Assembly (NCBI RefSeq): GCF_009914755.1
Contig: NC_060938.1
Source of the DNA: the human T2T-CHM13v2.0 reference genome, Homo sapiens
Strand: one strand, 5' to 3'
Length of the DNA: 64,000 nucleotides
The translations under genes were made by a program, and so were the position numbers. The notes under the pieces were generated by a model that was not told the origin of the DNA, searched no databases, and worked only from the letters and a program-made list of their open reading frames with translations. Shown here in pieces: positions 39,900 through 61,089 of the stretch (its first letter is position 1; every line of letters begins with the position of its first letter).

Positions 39900-40346
39900 C
39901 CTTATGTGATAAATTACACCTAGACTGGGAGAAACAATGAATACCTGATGGGAAGACATGGCCTTGTGTTTTTCTGAATACAATGACTTGTAAATGCGGC
40001 ATGCTCCTTGCAGGGACCTAGAAACTATGTCCATGAAGCTATTACAAGAGTTAGTGGCTCTTGTTGTACATGAAGCTTCTAAGTTGGGGTAGCTCTTGCA
40101 CTTACCTAAGTCTTATCTCTTGCATCTGAGCTACTGTGTGTTTCCGTGTGTTCGGAGGATAATTCTTGGATGGCTGTGTGAACTGCCATGAGGAATACTC
40201 CCGTGGAAGAGAAACACTTGATGATGCTGGGCTGGCAAGCTGTTTTCTGTGTCCCCTGTGCTTTTGATTAAATTGGTGCCAAGTAAGACCTCTTCAGGTC
40301 TTGTGAATCCAAATATTTGATTGAGTCTAAAAAGGTCCCTTTGACA
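39900..40346 (+). mobile_element. Possible old ERV-type LTR remnant
   Basis: ATTAAA followed by GTCTTGTGA...TGACA terminus typical of LTR 3' ends; family not identified. Confidence 0.35.
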
Positions 40347-40664
40347 AGAATTAGAGGTCCATTATTTAGCACAGCTATTCATATTATGGGGCTCCCCTTC
40401 AAGGTCTTTGAGGTTAAAACCTTGTCTTTTTCATCTAGCAAAATTTTGGTATTGCTTTGTGATCTGGTGAATCACTTAGGCAATCTAAATTTTTATTTTT
40501 ATTTTTACCATTAATAGAGATATAATTATTTCCTATCTCAAAGGGTTGCTGTGATGATAAATATGTAGAAATATTTCCTAGGCAGTAAAATGCTATGTCT
40601 AAGTGGCAATACTAGTATCATTATGCTAACATATAAATTAATATTTCTTCCAAAAGTATCCCTA

Positions 40665-40945
40665 GGTTGGGTGCAGTGGTTTATGCCTGTAATCCCAACA
40701 CTTTGGGAGGCCAAGGCAGGTGGATCACTTGAGTCCAGGATCTCAAGACCAGCCTGGGCAACATAAGGAGACCTCATCTCTACAAAAAATAATTTAAACA
40801 ATTAGCTGGCCATGGTGGTGTGCACCTGTAATCCCAGCTACACAGGAGGCTAAGGTGGATCACCTGAGCCTGGGAGATTGAGGCTGCAGTGAGGCATGAT
40901 TGCACCACTGCACTACAGCCTGGGTGATAGAGTGAGACTGTCTCA

Positions 40946-40972
<27 letters not shown>
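40665..40972 (+). mobile_element. Alu (J-like)
   Basis: Consensus; TSD AAAAGTATCC. Confidence 0.9.
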
Positions 40973-40976
<4 letters not shown>

Positions 40977-42075
40977 ATGAACATAAAAGTATCCTTACAA
41001 ATATAGTAACATTAATCAATTTATGTATCAATCCTGATTTTCATTCCAACCTTCAAATGATTAGTTAAAACAATTTGATAAAGGAAGACCATCCTGATGT
41101 AAAGTTGACAATCATACTGAGAAAACTACCCTGTCCTCTCTCCCCCAACCCAGCCTGGTCTGCTTTTAGGACAGTACAAAATTATTTGCTCATCCCTTAA
41201 GTCCCTCTCTTGCTGAAAGTAAAACAGTTCACTACTACTTCTGTCCCAACAATGGGAGTTAAGACACATAACCTGTTTGAGCATTTAGTAAGTTGCTGGA
41301 AATATATTAAGCCAGAGAACTGGAAGGGAAGTGAGATCGTTGAACTCTTTTTATACTCCTGGGACCTCTTAAATCAAGCACTACAGGACAGAAATGGCCA
41401 TTATCAAGAAATATTTTAGAAATTCTCAGGTATATAAATTTAGATTATAAATCTGGATTAGAGAATCGGAAATTGTATAATCTGTCTGGGAGGTTTCACC
41501 TTTATGTAGCAGTATAAAATATCACTTAATAAGCGGAAATCAAACCTGTTTTACTTGTGGTTGGGGAAAGGCCAATCAACCAACACTCTAAATCTCTAAC
41601 ACAAGGACAGTGGTTGTACCTAGGCCAAACCACAGAAACTTTCATTGCACATTTCACCTTCACAAAAAGGCTACTTTAGGCTCTTTTTCTGTGTATTATG
41701 GGACATAGACAAATGTTTCTTTGTATTTATTCCAGTTCTAGTCTTCCTTAAGCTTTTAATGATTCCAAACACTGCTCCCCTTCTTTTTGTTCTCATCACT
41801 CAACATCTAGAACCCAGATACTTTCTCACATTCCTTTCTCATATTTTCCTCTGTAAGCCCAACACCAGAAATGGTACTATATCTGAGAATCAAGGGAACT
41901 CATTCCCTTCAGATCTGCTCTAGAGTATTTAAAAAATAAATTAATAAATAAATAAAGCCAAAGATCCTCTATTTGTTAAAGAAATAAAACTATTTTAGCA
42001 GGACAGGCCAAAGGAAAAACAGGACAATCAGATTACTTTTGGATCTATTTCTTTTTGTGTGAGATTATTTTAGCT

Positions 42076-42376
42076 TTATTTATTTTTTTTTTGAGACAGA
42101 GTCTCTGTCACCCAAGCTGGAGTGCAGTGGTGCAATCTCGGCTCACTCACTGCAACCTCTGTCTCCCTGGTTCAAGGGATCCTCCTGCCTCAGCCTCCTA
42201 AGTAGCTGGGATAGTACAAGCGTGTGCCACCATGCCCGGCTACTTTTTGTATTTTTAGTGGAGACAGGGTTTCACCATGCTGGTCAGGCTGGTCTTGAAC
42301 TCCTGACCTCAAATAATCTGTCCACCTCAACCTCCCAAAGTGCTGGGATTATAGGCGTGAGCCACCGCACCCGGCC
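42076..42376 (-). mobile_element. Alu (S-like)
   Basis: Reverse consensus; TSD TATTTTAGCTTTA. Confidence 0.92.
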
Positions 42377-43288
42377 TATTTTAGCTTTAAAATTTGGTTG
42401 GTTTCACAGTGAAACATTAACTACAACTCTACTTAATTTTGTCAGGTACCCTAAAATTCTAATAATCTCTTGGTACAGTGATAACATTTCATTAACCAGA
42501 TTATTCTATAGAAAAACTGAGCACATATGAGTATGTTCTAGGTAAAATTTTGTCTTGCATAAAACAACAAAAAAAATAGTTAAGGCCCTAATGTGCAAGT
42601 AGAGGCAGGAACAGGGGGATATTAAACCAATCATGAGCCTTCCAAAAAACTTTCAATCTTATGCTGTGTCAAGATATCACTGGCTGTTGGTAAAGTGCTA
42701 ATAGCAGAATCAGAGAGTGCTCATGTACTTGCTGATTGAAAATACATGATTGACATGATTGGAAGTACACTCCAGCTTGGGTACAGAGTGAGACTGTCTC
42801 AAAAAAACAACAACAAAAAAGAGACAAGACTATCTTACACTTTTTTGTGGTTTTTCCCTTGCCCTTATAGCTTCCCTACAGTAGTGGGTAACTAGTATCC
42901 AACTGAAGGCTCTGAAAAGGGCACAAAGACCTCCTAGAAAGAGTACTTCATCTGATCAACACTAAGAAGTTCATCTGTCTGCTGCTGCTGCTGCGGACAA
43001 GCTTTATCACCAGAAAGTCATTTATAACGTTTGCGTCAATAGTAGGTACAAACCTTGGAGCTATAATTAAGATTCATTTAATTATGCTGGAAAAGTGAGG
43101 TAAAAGTGTTATTAGCTTCACATAAATCACAGCAAAATGTGTTGCGCACTACTTAAACTTTCTTCAAATTCTTTGTGTAGCAGCTATTGGTTTTTAAACT
43201 TAAAATGAAAAAATGCTTTGCAAGAAAATTCAATGTTCAAAGACAAAAAAAAAAAAAGCACTCAGGGAGAAAATATAACTAAAGGACA

Positions 43289-43298
43289 TTTATTTATT
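43289..43298 (-). terminator. ERH polyadenylation signal (two overlapping AATAAA)
   Basis: TTTATTTATT on + strand ~390 nt past the ERH stop; U-rich tract downstream on the - strand (A-run near 43246-43257). Confidence 0.8.
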
Positions 43299-43683
43299 TT
43301 TACCAAGACTTTATCTTGAGGACATGGCTAAACTGCATTTCCACCCCCCACCCCATCTTGAAGAAGGGTTAGTATGTGAATGTTATAAAGTAGATATGAA
43401 CAGTTGAAGGACTGGAACCAACATTAAGTGACGAAGAACAACTTCCATCTAAATCATCATAAAAATGTTTAAGTAAAAAAAAAAAAAGAAAGAGAAAGAA
43501 AAAGAGGAGGTAACGGGGGTTTCCGATTGAACAAGATCCTCACATTTCATCTAATACAGTCAATCTTGGCTAGAGTATAACAAAGTGGAAACAGGATTAC
43601 TATGATACAAAACTTCCACTACAGCACGCTGTACACACCTGTGTTCCAAGCCCACCCCAACCCCCCCAGTGCTTCCAACACAA

Positions 43684-43786
43684 TTATTTCCCAGCCTGTT
43701 GGGCCTGCCGACGAAGGAGCACGTAGATCTTCTCTTTAATCCAGTCTTTGTTATAAGGCTGGTATGTCTGGGTATCAGCTCGGTAA
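43684..43786 (-). CDS. ERH: ERH exon 4 (coding part)
   Basis: ctcctcag|T TAC...; YRADTQTYQPYNKDWIKEKIYVLLRRQAQQAGK* (TAA), 103 nt. Confidence 0.98.
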
Positions 43787-44146
43787 CTGAGGAGAGAAAG
43801 GGAATAAGCAAAGTCACAGTGGTCAATCACTGCCAGGTGTTTAAATCCCCAAATTATAACTGCCCAATGATGGCATAGATGTGCACATTTCCAAAAATGA
43901 ACTTAATGAAAAGCTGAAAGAGCTACTTACACAGTCGTTGAATTTTAAGTGACATGAACTTTATATCACCTAGTACAATCTTATAGTGGAAAAAGAAAAC
44001 ATGACTTAGAATTTTTAAGTTAAATGCCCAATATGTTACATATCTACTTCTTGACAGAGTATGACCAGAAACCATGTGTTCTTCCTCCTACATAGTTTCT
44101 ATTTTTATGGTTCCTTTAGTGATTAAAAAACAACAACAAAAAAATT

Positions 44147-47143
44147 GGCTGGGTGCAGTGGCTCATGCCTGTAATCCCAGCACTTTGGGAGGCTGAGGCG
44201 GGTGATCACTTGAGGTCAGGAGTTCAAGACTAGCCTGGCCAACATGGTGAAACCTTGTCTCTACTAAAATACAAAAATTAGCTGGGCATGGTGGTGCACG
44301 CCTGTAGTCCTGCCTACTCAGGAGGCTGAGGCAAGGGAATTGCTTCAACCGGTGGAGGATGCAGTGAGCCGAGATCGTGCCACTGCACTCCTGTGAGTGA
44401 GACTCCATCTCAAAAAAACAAAAACAACAATACTAGAACAAACTTTAGATTTGCAATGTTTATTCTGAATTAACTAAAAAACCTTTAAAAAACATGTACT
44501 GGCAACAAAGATTTCTTGCTAATTTCCTTCCCCCTGTAAAGTATTAAGGAAATCTTAAACCTATATTTTAGGATTTGCTTTTTAAAATAAATAATGCTAG
44601 AGGCCTATGGAGAAGAATTATCAGAAGATACAGTAAGCTCCAAAATATCTCTAATCAGAACGAAAAGGAGTACACAGACTAGCATTAGCAGTAAAACTCC
44701 AATGGGACTGTGAGTAGTATCTAGTAAGATGTCACAGAGTACTGGGTGTCGCTTTAAATTCTTATCTGAATTAACTCATTTTTACAACCCTGTGAGTAGG
44801 TACAATTATCCTCACTTCCCACCACCCCCACCACCGACCCCTGCTTTTTTTTGAGACAGAATCTCACTCTGTAACTCAGTCTGGAGTGCAGTGGTGCCAT
44901 CTTGGCTCACTGCAACCTCTGCCACCTGGGTTCACATGATTCTCCTGCCTCAGCCTCCTGAGTAGGTAAGACTATAGGTGTGTGCCACCACGTCCAGCTA
45001 ATGTTTTGTATTTTTAGTAGAGACCAGGTTTCACTATGTTGGCCAGGTTGGTCTTGAACTCCTGACCCTCAAGTGATCCAGCCGCCTCGGCCGCCCAAAG
45101 TGCCGGGATTACAGGCGTGAGCCACCGCACCTGGCCTCCTTTTTCATAAATGAGAAACCAAGGCTTTAAAAAGTGAAGCAAGTTATTAGCTAGGTAATGC
45201 TGGACTGGAGATAGATTTTAAATACTCCTGACTCCAGAGTCCTCACTGTTAATCACTAAGTTAGAAACCTAAACTACAATTTTTGGCAAGGGAAATAAAT
45301 TCCAAAGTAGGAATGCTTTATACAATTAACATCATATTCTTCCTCTGAACAGTAAGGTCACAATCTGGTTTATTAAAAATGTACAAGATTCCCATTTTTA
45401 AAAATGCTTAACCAAATTTAAAAATTCTAAAATTTAATTTTTTCTGAAAACTCTTTGTCCATGCTTCCTAATTAAATAAGCTCTAAGCTAGTCTACTGCA
45501 AAATGTAGCAGAAGAGACTATAACATTTATATTAACACTGGAAAATAACTTAAAAAGGAACAAAATTTCTCACAATTATCATATCTGGGTGGGACAGGCT
45601 TTGTTTATACCATTCCCCCCAACAAAAATCACTCTGGTTTGTGAACATTAAGGAATCCATCAACTTGCATGCAATTTTCCAACTCATCAAATAGTAGGCC
45701 AGGTGCCAGTGGCTCATGCCTGTAATCCCAGCACTTTGGGAGGCTGAGGCAGGCGGGCCACAATGTCAAGAGATCAAGACCATCCTGACCAACATTGTGA
45801 AACCCCGTCTCCACCAAAAAAAAAAAATACAAAAATTAGCTGGGCGTGGTGGCGCGCACCTGTAGTCCCAGCTACTCGGGAGGCTGAGGCAGGAGAATCT
45901 CTTGAACCCTGGCGACAGTGCAAGACTCTATCTCCAAAAGAAAAAAAAAAAAAAAAGCAATAATGCCTTCTTTATGGAAAGCTGTGTGTCGATGGCTGTT
46001 AACTGGCACTTGAAAATGAGACAATTAAATGTTAAATACTTTAATAAAATGCCTAGTCATTGGCACAGATGAATCTTTTAACCTATTGTTATGGTCAATG
46101 AATGTAGGTTTATATAAGAACAGAAGCTGTGGGTCTGGGCAGTGAAATCAGAAATGTCTTCAGTGATAACTTCTCTTACTGATCAGGAATACCTCTTGTC
46201 ATTATAATAACTGACAGTTTAAATGTTCTTTATGTCTCTAAGCAAACAAGAAAATACTGCATAATCAAAAGGGCATTATTTTCATCTTACAAAAAGCTTA
46301 TTTAAAAAACATACAGATCAGAAAACTGGAAAAATCTGACTCTGACTTTAAGTATACGAAATACAAATTTTCATGCCTACATTTTATTATTAATGCATGG
46401 TCAGTTTGCTCTGGGTTTAGTCATGTTACAAAGTAGAATCTTATTTATTCCATTTCCACCTACGCTGTTTAAAAAGAATTAATTTAAAAAAGTCCTAGGT
46501 CACTGCCATGTAAATTTAATAGAAACTATGAGCACACAACCATCTACAAACCAAAAATGGACCCAGTCTCTGGTCTGAGGAGTAACGGCCCAAATCACAG
46601 GATGTGCTGTGGCAGTGGGTTACCTCTTTGGAAACAATACCTTATTTCTCCTGAATATTCAAAGAACAAAAAGGACATAACCAAAGTCACCTGGGGAAAA
46701 TAGTTTTAAATCCTAAATTTGATTCTGAAAGTTTTTCAGAGGCCAAAAAATTTTCAACATTAGAAACAAACAAATAGTTACAGGTTTTCAAGCTATGATA
46801 ATTTACGGTTTTTAACACTCTGAAACTACTAAAAAACCATAAATTATCATTAACCTCTCTTCTATATTTCTGGAAATACTGTAGGTGGGAAGAATTATCT
46901 AGGTAATAATTAAAGCTTTCCCCCTATGTTGCTTTAATATAGCAAATATTGTATTAAAAATCAGTTTAGTATGCTAGATATGGTTTCTAGTTTACATTTT
47001 AAAGTCTAATGCAGCCGGGCACAGTTGCTCATGCCTGTAATATCACTCCTTGGGGAGGCTGAGGAAGGAGGATCACTTGAGCCCAGGAGTTTGAGACCAG
47101 CCTGGGTAATATAGCAAGACCCTGTCTCTAAAATTTTTTTTTT
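44147..47143. mobile_element. Alus in ERH intron 3: 44147-44430 (+), 44845-45136 (-), 45697-45957 (+), monomer 47013-47143 (+)
   Basis: Alu consensus in each interval. Confidence 0.9.
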
Positions 47144-50103
47144 ATAAAGTCTAGTACAAAGTTAGAAAAGTTATGTTATGTCATTAATGACATACTTGTA
47201 TATCATTAACATGTCACTTGTAACTGTTTTACTCTGCTCAATTTTCATATTGTTGAAAAAACCTCAACACCTTTTAAATCTCCCTTGAAATTTATAATTT
47301 ATCTCACACGTAGACATTAAAATTCATATCATTCTACTCCTGGCAAATTTAAGAACATGCTTGTAATTAAAAATAAAACTCTATCCTGACTTCTTCAATC
47401 TAGTTGAAAAGGGAGTTGCTGCATATCTAATAATGCTGTGCTCAGCAAGCACTTGATCCTCACAAGGAGTCTTATGAACTAGATTTGTCTGAATTTTACA
47501 AATTAGCAAACTAAAGTTTAGCAATACAAAGCTGCCTTGTCAAAGGGAGCTAGCAAATGGTAGACCCAGGATTCAAACCCAGCTATGTCTAATTCTGCCA
47601 CTCCAGCTAGCTCTTAACCACAGCCTCCCAAGACAAGTAAAACATGATCCTTTGCTTCAAGTTTACTTCCCACTTACTGGGAGTAAGTATGACATCCCAA
47701 AAGCGTCAGGATTACATCCTGAATGTTTCAGTAAGGTTCTTTTATAAAACCATAAAGACAACCATTAATTTTTAATCAATGCAGAATATAGCTCTGTAAT
47801 ATAAATAAGGGAAATAGAAAATTATCAATAATTTTAGAAAGCTATTCCTCAAATAACAAGTGACGTGCATTTATATAACCAATATTTACTCAGCACTAAT
47901 TATGTACCAGAGATGCAGCAGTGAACAAACACAAAGCAACTTCTTCTTAAATTCTATCAATTAATATACACATTATTGGTAATTTCATATCCAGTGGATG
48001 ATTCTGTCAACACTTAGGCCTCCCAATTCCATGAAGTCTTTTCCTCTAATGATCTCATCTCCTACCCTCTCTTGGCCAGATCCCTAGACCTTGTCATTTC
48101 CAACTACTTCAATTTCCTAATTTCAAGCATGTCATTCTCTGATCACCACTTCCTAACACTCTAATGTGAGCAATCCTTGATCCAGTGGGACCTACAATGA
48201 ACTGATCTACCTCTGTTTCCAGCACCTCCTCCTACACCCCCAATTAAAGCTCATGGTCATTCAGTCGTTGCTGTTGTCCTCATATATGCCCTCAACCTTT
48301 AGCAAAATCTTTACTCTCTACCTACTCCTCACCTGTAACCATCCAGGTGAGAGAGACTAGGAAAAAAATCCCATGATCACAATGACTGATTTCACTTTAA
48401 ATCACTATCAGATAGGTACTTTGGAGGACACTTAATGCATCCCTGAATTAATTGCAGTTCCCTAATTCTTTCACCTTCCTAGCTTATTTCTTACTTTTCC
48501 ACAAACCTGTAACACCTGTTTCAAATGATGTCCTTGCTCCTTATCTTTCTGAGATAACTGAAGCATACAGAAGATAATTCCCCCCAGCTCCCAAATTTGC
48601 CTGTCCTCCCTTTTTTATGATTGAACTGTCCAAGAGCCAATTTGAGCTATCAGTTTCTCCTTCTCTGGTACATCATCCCATCAGCCTGCAAACTTACCAT
48701 TACTTTTCCCACTTAAAAAAAAGCAATTTCTTTCTCCAGCTACAACCCCATTTTTCTGTTCTTTCAAGCAAAATTCTTTAAATAAAAAAAAGGAAAAAAA
48801 AAAAAAAGCAAGCCTGTAATGGCCACCTATAAATCCTCTCTTTTCATTCCCTTCCATACACTGAAATCTGTAAGCATTTTACTCCTGGCACTCTACCACA
48901 ACCGTTCTGGAAGTCACCAAAGACTTCCACAGTGTCAAATCCAGGGGTCAATTAAATTCTCAGTCCTCACATATCTGTCCTATCAATGATATGACACACT
49001 TCTGCATTTGGCTTCCAGGATATCATTGCTCCCTGCTCCTCCAATCTCCTAAGACACTCTCCTTCACTCATTCCTCTGCAGCCTCAAAGGCTTCCTTAAT
49101 GACTTCAAACATGCTAGGCACTCCTACTTCAGGACTTCTACACTAGCTGTCCCTCATCCCCTCTGTCTGGTATGTTTTTCCTATAGATGTCTGAATGGCT
49201 TAAAGTACCATGCAACATTCATTTGAATGTTCTGAGTGATCAAAGTGAAATGGCTACAACCGGAACACAATGAAGAGGTACAGAAAACAAAACTCAAACA
49301 TCCCAAGGAAATGCGTGTTTTGGAACTTTTGGGGAGACAGCATGGTGCAGCCACATTCCATGATTGGCTCCAGTGGTGATCCAGGAAGTGCCTATGAGTA
49401 AGACTTGTATATTTCTCATCACTGCTCTTTCAACTTCTAGCACAGCACCTGACATGTAATAAATATTCAAGTATCTGATGATTGAGTATTGTATCACAAG
49501 GTGCTTCCATTTTCCTCGGTTAAATGAGCTGTATTTACACTCAATTTCTGTTCGCTAATGTAAAAAAGATTAGGTAAGTCTACAGTAACACTTTATGCTC
49601 CTTGTTAGTAATTGTCAGAAGCAGATTATCAATACAAACTATAACAAATATGTTAAAAAATCTCACTCTAACATACCAAAATATACGTACTTACACAGCG
49701 TAGGATTGAAATTAAATTTCAGCTATACGCATATTTAAGTTTTTGAAATGTCATGAAAAAAAGATAATCTTAGTTTTAATCCAAAACCAATGGCTTTAAG
49801 ACAAAGACTGTAAAGGAAAAAAAAAATTAGGTATAAGGAACAAAGAAGAGGCACATGGAACTTCTGAATTAGGATCCTTTCTGGATACTAACTATATCAA
49901 TTAGCAAAGTTATTTTTTTCTGTGCCTTTGGCTTTATGTTGCCAATCTCTTATTTCTGTAAGAGAAATATTAATTACTATACACTATGCAAATGCAAAGA
50001 TCAGTATCAGGCACATAATTAGCTCCCAATACCATAAATCACCTCAAACAGACAGAAAAGCAATAGAAAATACAAGATAAAAGACATGTTGGCTAATACT
50101 TAC

Positions 50104-50224
50104 ACCAGGCAGCTGAGGTCTGCCAGATCATCGATGAAATCAAACAACTGACTGATGTCATATGTGATAGAGGGACTGTTGGGATTCATTCTTTTCAGAT
50201 GTTCTTCATACATTTTACAAACAC
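50104..50224 (-). CDS. ERH: ERH exon 3
   Basis: cttag|GT...GT|gtaagt, 121 nt; (G)[39 protein letters not shown](V). Confidence 0.98.
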
Positions 50225-50415
50225 CTAAGAAAGGATAGGAAAAAAAGCAAAATCTTACAATCGCATACACTTCTAGATATGAGCAGTGCTTATGAGCTGT
50301 GCTATATGTTGATATCATATTTACTTTAATAAAGTTGGGCTGGGGAAAAGATGATAGATTGATGGCTTTTGATTATTGCCACTAGCAAATACTTTTTTAT
50401 TTTATAAATTCACCA

Positions 50416-56020
<5,605 letters not shown>

Positions 56021-56185
56021 CAGAATCAAAGACCAAACATGATAATGTAGGTTAGGTAACAATTTGCTAAGAGAGCCTGCATACAAAATCTACATCAATA
56101 GCAGGCAGAAATGTCAGCAGAGAAATGGATCTGTAAAGAGATGAAGAAAAAAATGCCATGTTCTTCTTTAAGAATTAGAGTAGAT

Positions 56186-57785
56186 GGCCTGGAGTGGTGG
56201 CTCACGCCTGTAATCCCAGCACTTTGGGAAGCCGAGGTGGGTGGATCACTTGAGGTCAGGAGTTCGGGACCAGCCTGGCCAACGTGGCGAAACCCTGTCT
56301 TTACTAAAAATACAAAAATTAGCTGGGCGTGGTGGCACACACCTGTAGTCCCAGCTACTGAGGAGACTGAGGAAGGAGAATCATTTGAACCAAGAAGGCA
56401 GAAGTTGCAGTGAGCTGAGATGCACCACTGCACTCCAGCCTGGGAGACAGAGTGAGACTCTGTCTCAAAAAACAAAAAGAAACAAAGACACCTGCACTCA
56501 TACGTTTACGGCAGTACTATACACAACAGCAAAGTCATGGAATCAACTACGTATCCATCAATGGATGACTAGACAAAGGAAATGTGGTGTATGAGAATGC
56601 ATGCACACACATCCCATGGAATACTACTCAGCTATTAAAAAAAGAATAAAACCATGTCTTTGCAGCAACATGGATGGAATTGGAGGTCATTATCTCAAGT
56701 GAAGTAACTCAGAAAGTCAAACATTTAATGTTCTCATTTATTAGTGGAGGCTAAATGATGTGTGCACATGGACAGACAGAGTGGAATAACTGACACTGGA
56801 GACTACAAAAGGTGGGAGAATGGTGAGGGATGAAAAATCACTACTGCGTACAATGTACACCAGGTGATGGCTACACTAAAAGCCCAGACTTGGTTGGCGC
56901 GGTGGCTCATGCTTGTAATCCCAGAACTTTGGGAGGCTAAGGCAGGAGAACTGCCTGAGGCTAGAAGTCTGAGACCAACATGTGCAACACAGTGACCCCA
57001 TCTCTATAAAAAAACCAAAAAATTAGCCAGGTGTGGCGGCAGGTGCCTCTAGTCCCAGCTATTTGGGAGGCTGAGGCAGGAGGACTGCTTGAGCCCAGGA
57101 AACTGAGACTGCAATAAGCCATTATCACCACTGTACCCCAGCCTGGGTGACAGAGCAAGACCCCGTGTCTTAAGGAAAAAAAAAAAAAGGCCCAGACTTT
57201 ACTACTATGCCATATATCTATATAAGACGACTACACTTGTATCCCTTAAATCTATTAAAACAACCTATTAAAAACAGACAGACACACAAGCCTATAGTGT
57301 TTGAGCTTAACCAGAATATATAAGGGATACCTGTAAAATATTTCCATACTGTAACAAAATAACATGTGACAAATAAGAAGAGAATATTTATAAAACAACA
57401 AGCAGCTCTGGAAAGTCACTCATTATATACATTAGTTTAAAAAAAAAAAACACCTAATACTTGTAGCAAGGAGGATACTATATACATAATTAATGTTTAA
57501 AATGTTCAACCGGCCAAGGCGGATTACTTGAGGTCAGGAGCTCGAGACCAGCCTGGCCAACATGGTGAAACCCCATCTCTACTAAATACACAAAAAATTA
57601 TCTGGGTGTGGTGGTCCATGCCTGTAGTCCCAGCTACTTGGGAGGCTGAGGCACAAGAGAATCACTTGAACCTGGGGGGCGGAGGTTGCGTAAGCCGAGA
57701 TCGCATTACTGCACTCCAGTCTGGGTGATAGAGCGAGACTCTGTCTCAAATAATACATAAATAAACAAACAAACAAATAAATAAA
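56186..57785 (+). mobile_element. Alu 56186-56480, L1 3' end ~56480-57260 (with Alu 56891-57188 inserted), truncated Alu 57511-57785
   Basis: Consensus motifs; TSDs GCCCAGACTT and AAAATGTTCAA. Confidence 0.88.
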
Positions 57786-57979
57786 ATGTTCAATAATTAT
57801 GGTCCATCCTAAATATCTGCTTTCCCTCCTAAAATTAGCAATTCAATAAATTTGGAGGGTTGGAAGTGATAAAGGCAGGGCCTGGGGTGGATGGACTATT
57901 AAAAAAAAAAAATTTGGAGGGGAAAAACCCAGTTCCTAAATGAGACATTTTTCTACCCCTTGATTAGTGTTAAACTCAC

Positions 57980-58067
57980 CTTCCATGCATTCATTCACAG
58001 ATTCGTAGTCAGCATAAGTTCTGCCTTCTGGCCTCTTGGTAGGCTGTACCAGCAAAATGGTGTGAGA
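57980..58067 (-). CDS. ERH: ERH exon 2
   Basis: ctgcag|TCT...GAAG|gtgagt, 88 nt; [29 protein letters not shown](G). Confidence 0.98.
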
Positions 58068-58186
58068 CTGCAGGGGAAAACATGATTTCAATATAAGTTT
58101 CTATTTGAGAAATTCATAGTATGATAAAAAAAAATCCCCATTTGTAATGCAATAATGATTGCTAGTTATTAAAATGTAATTAGAGA

Positions 58187-61086
<2,900 letters not shown>

Positions 61087-61089
61087 ACC

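Noticed and set aside
39672-39903. Inverted repeat as a miRNA precursor or MITE
   Set aside because: Loops of 55-71 nt and order-swapped arms do not fit a pre-miRNA; no target-site duplication or terminal repeats of a MITE identified
42979-42994. (CTG)5 run downstream of ERH
   Set aside because: Too short to be notable; outside the ERH 3'UTR
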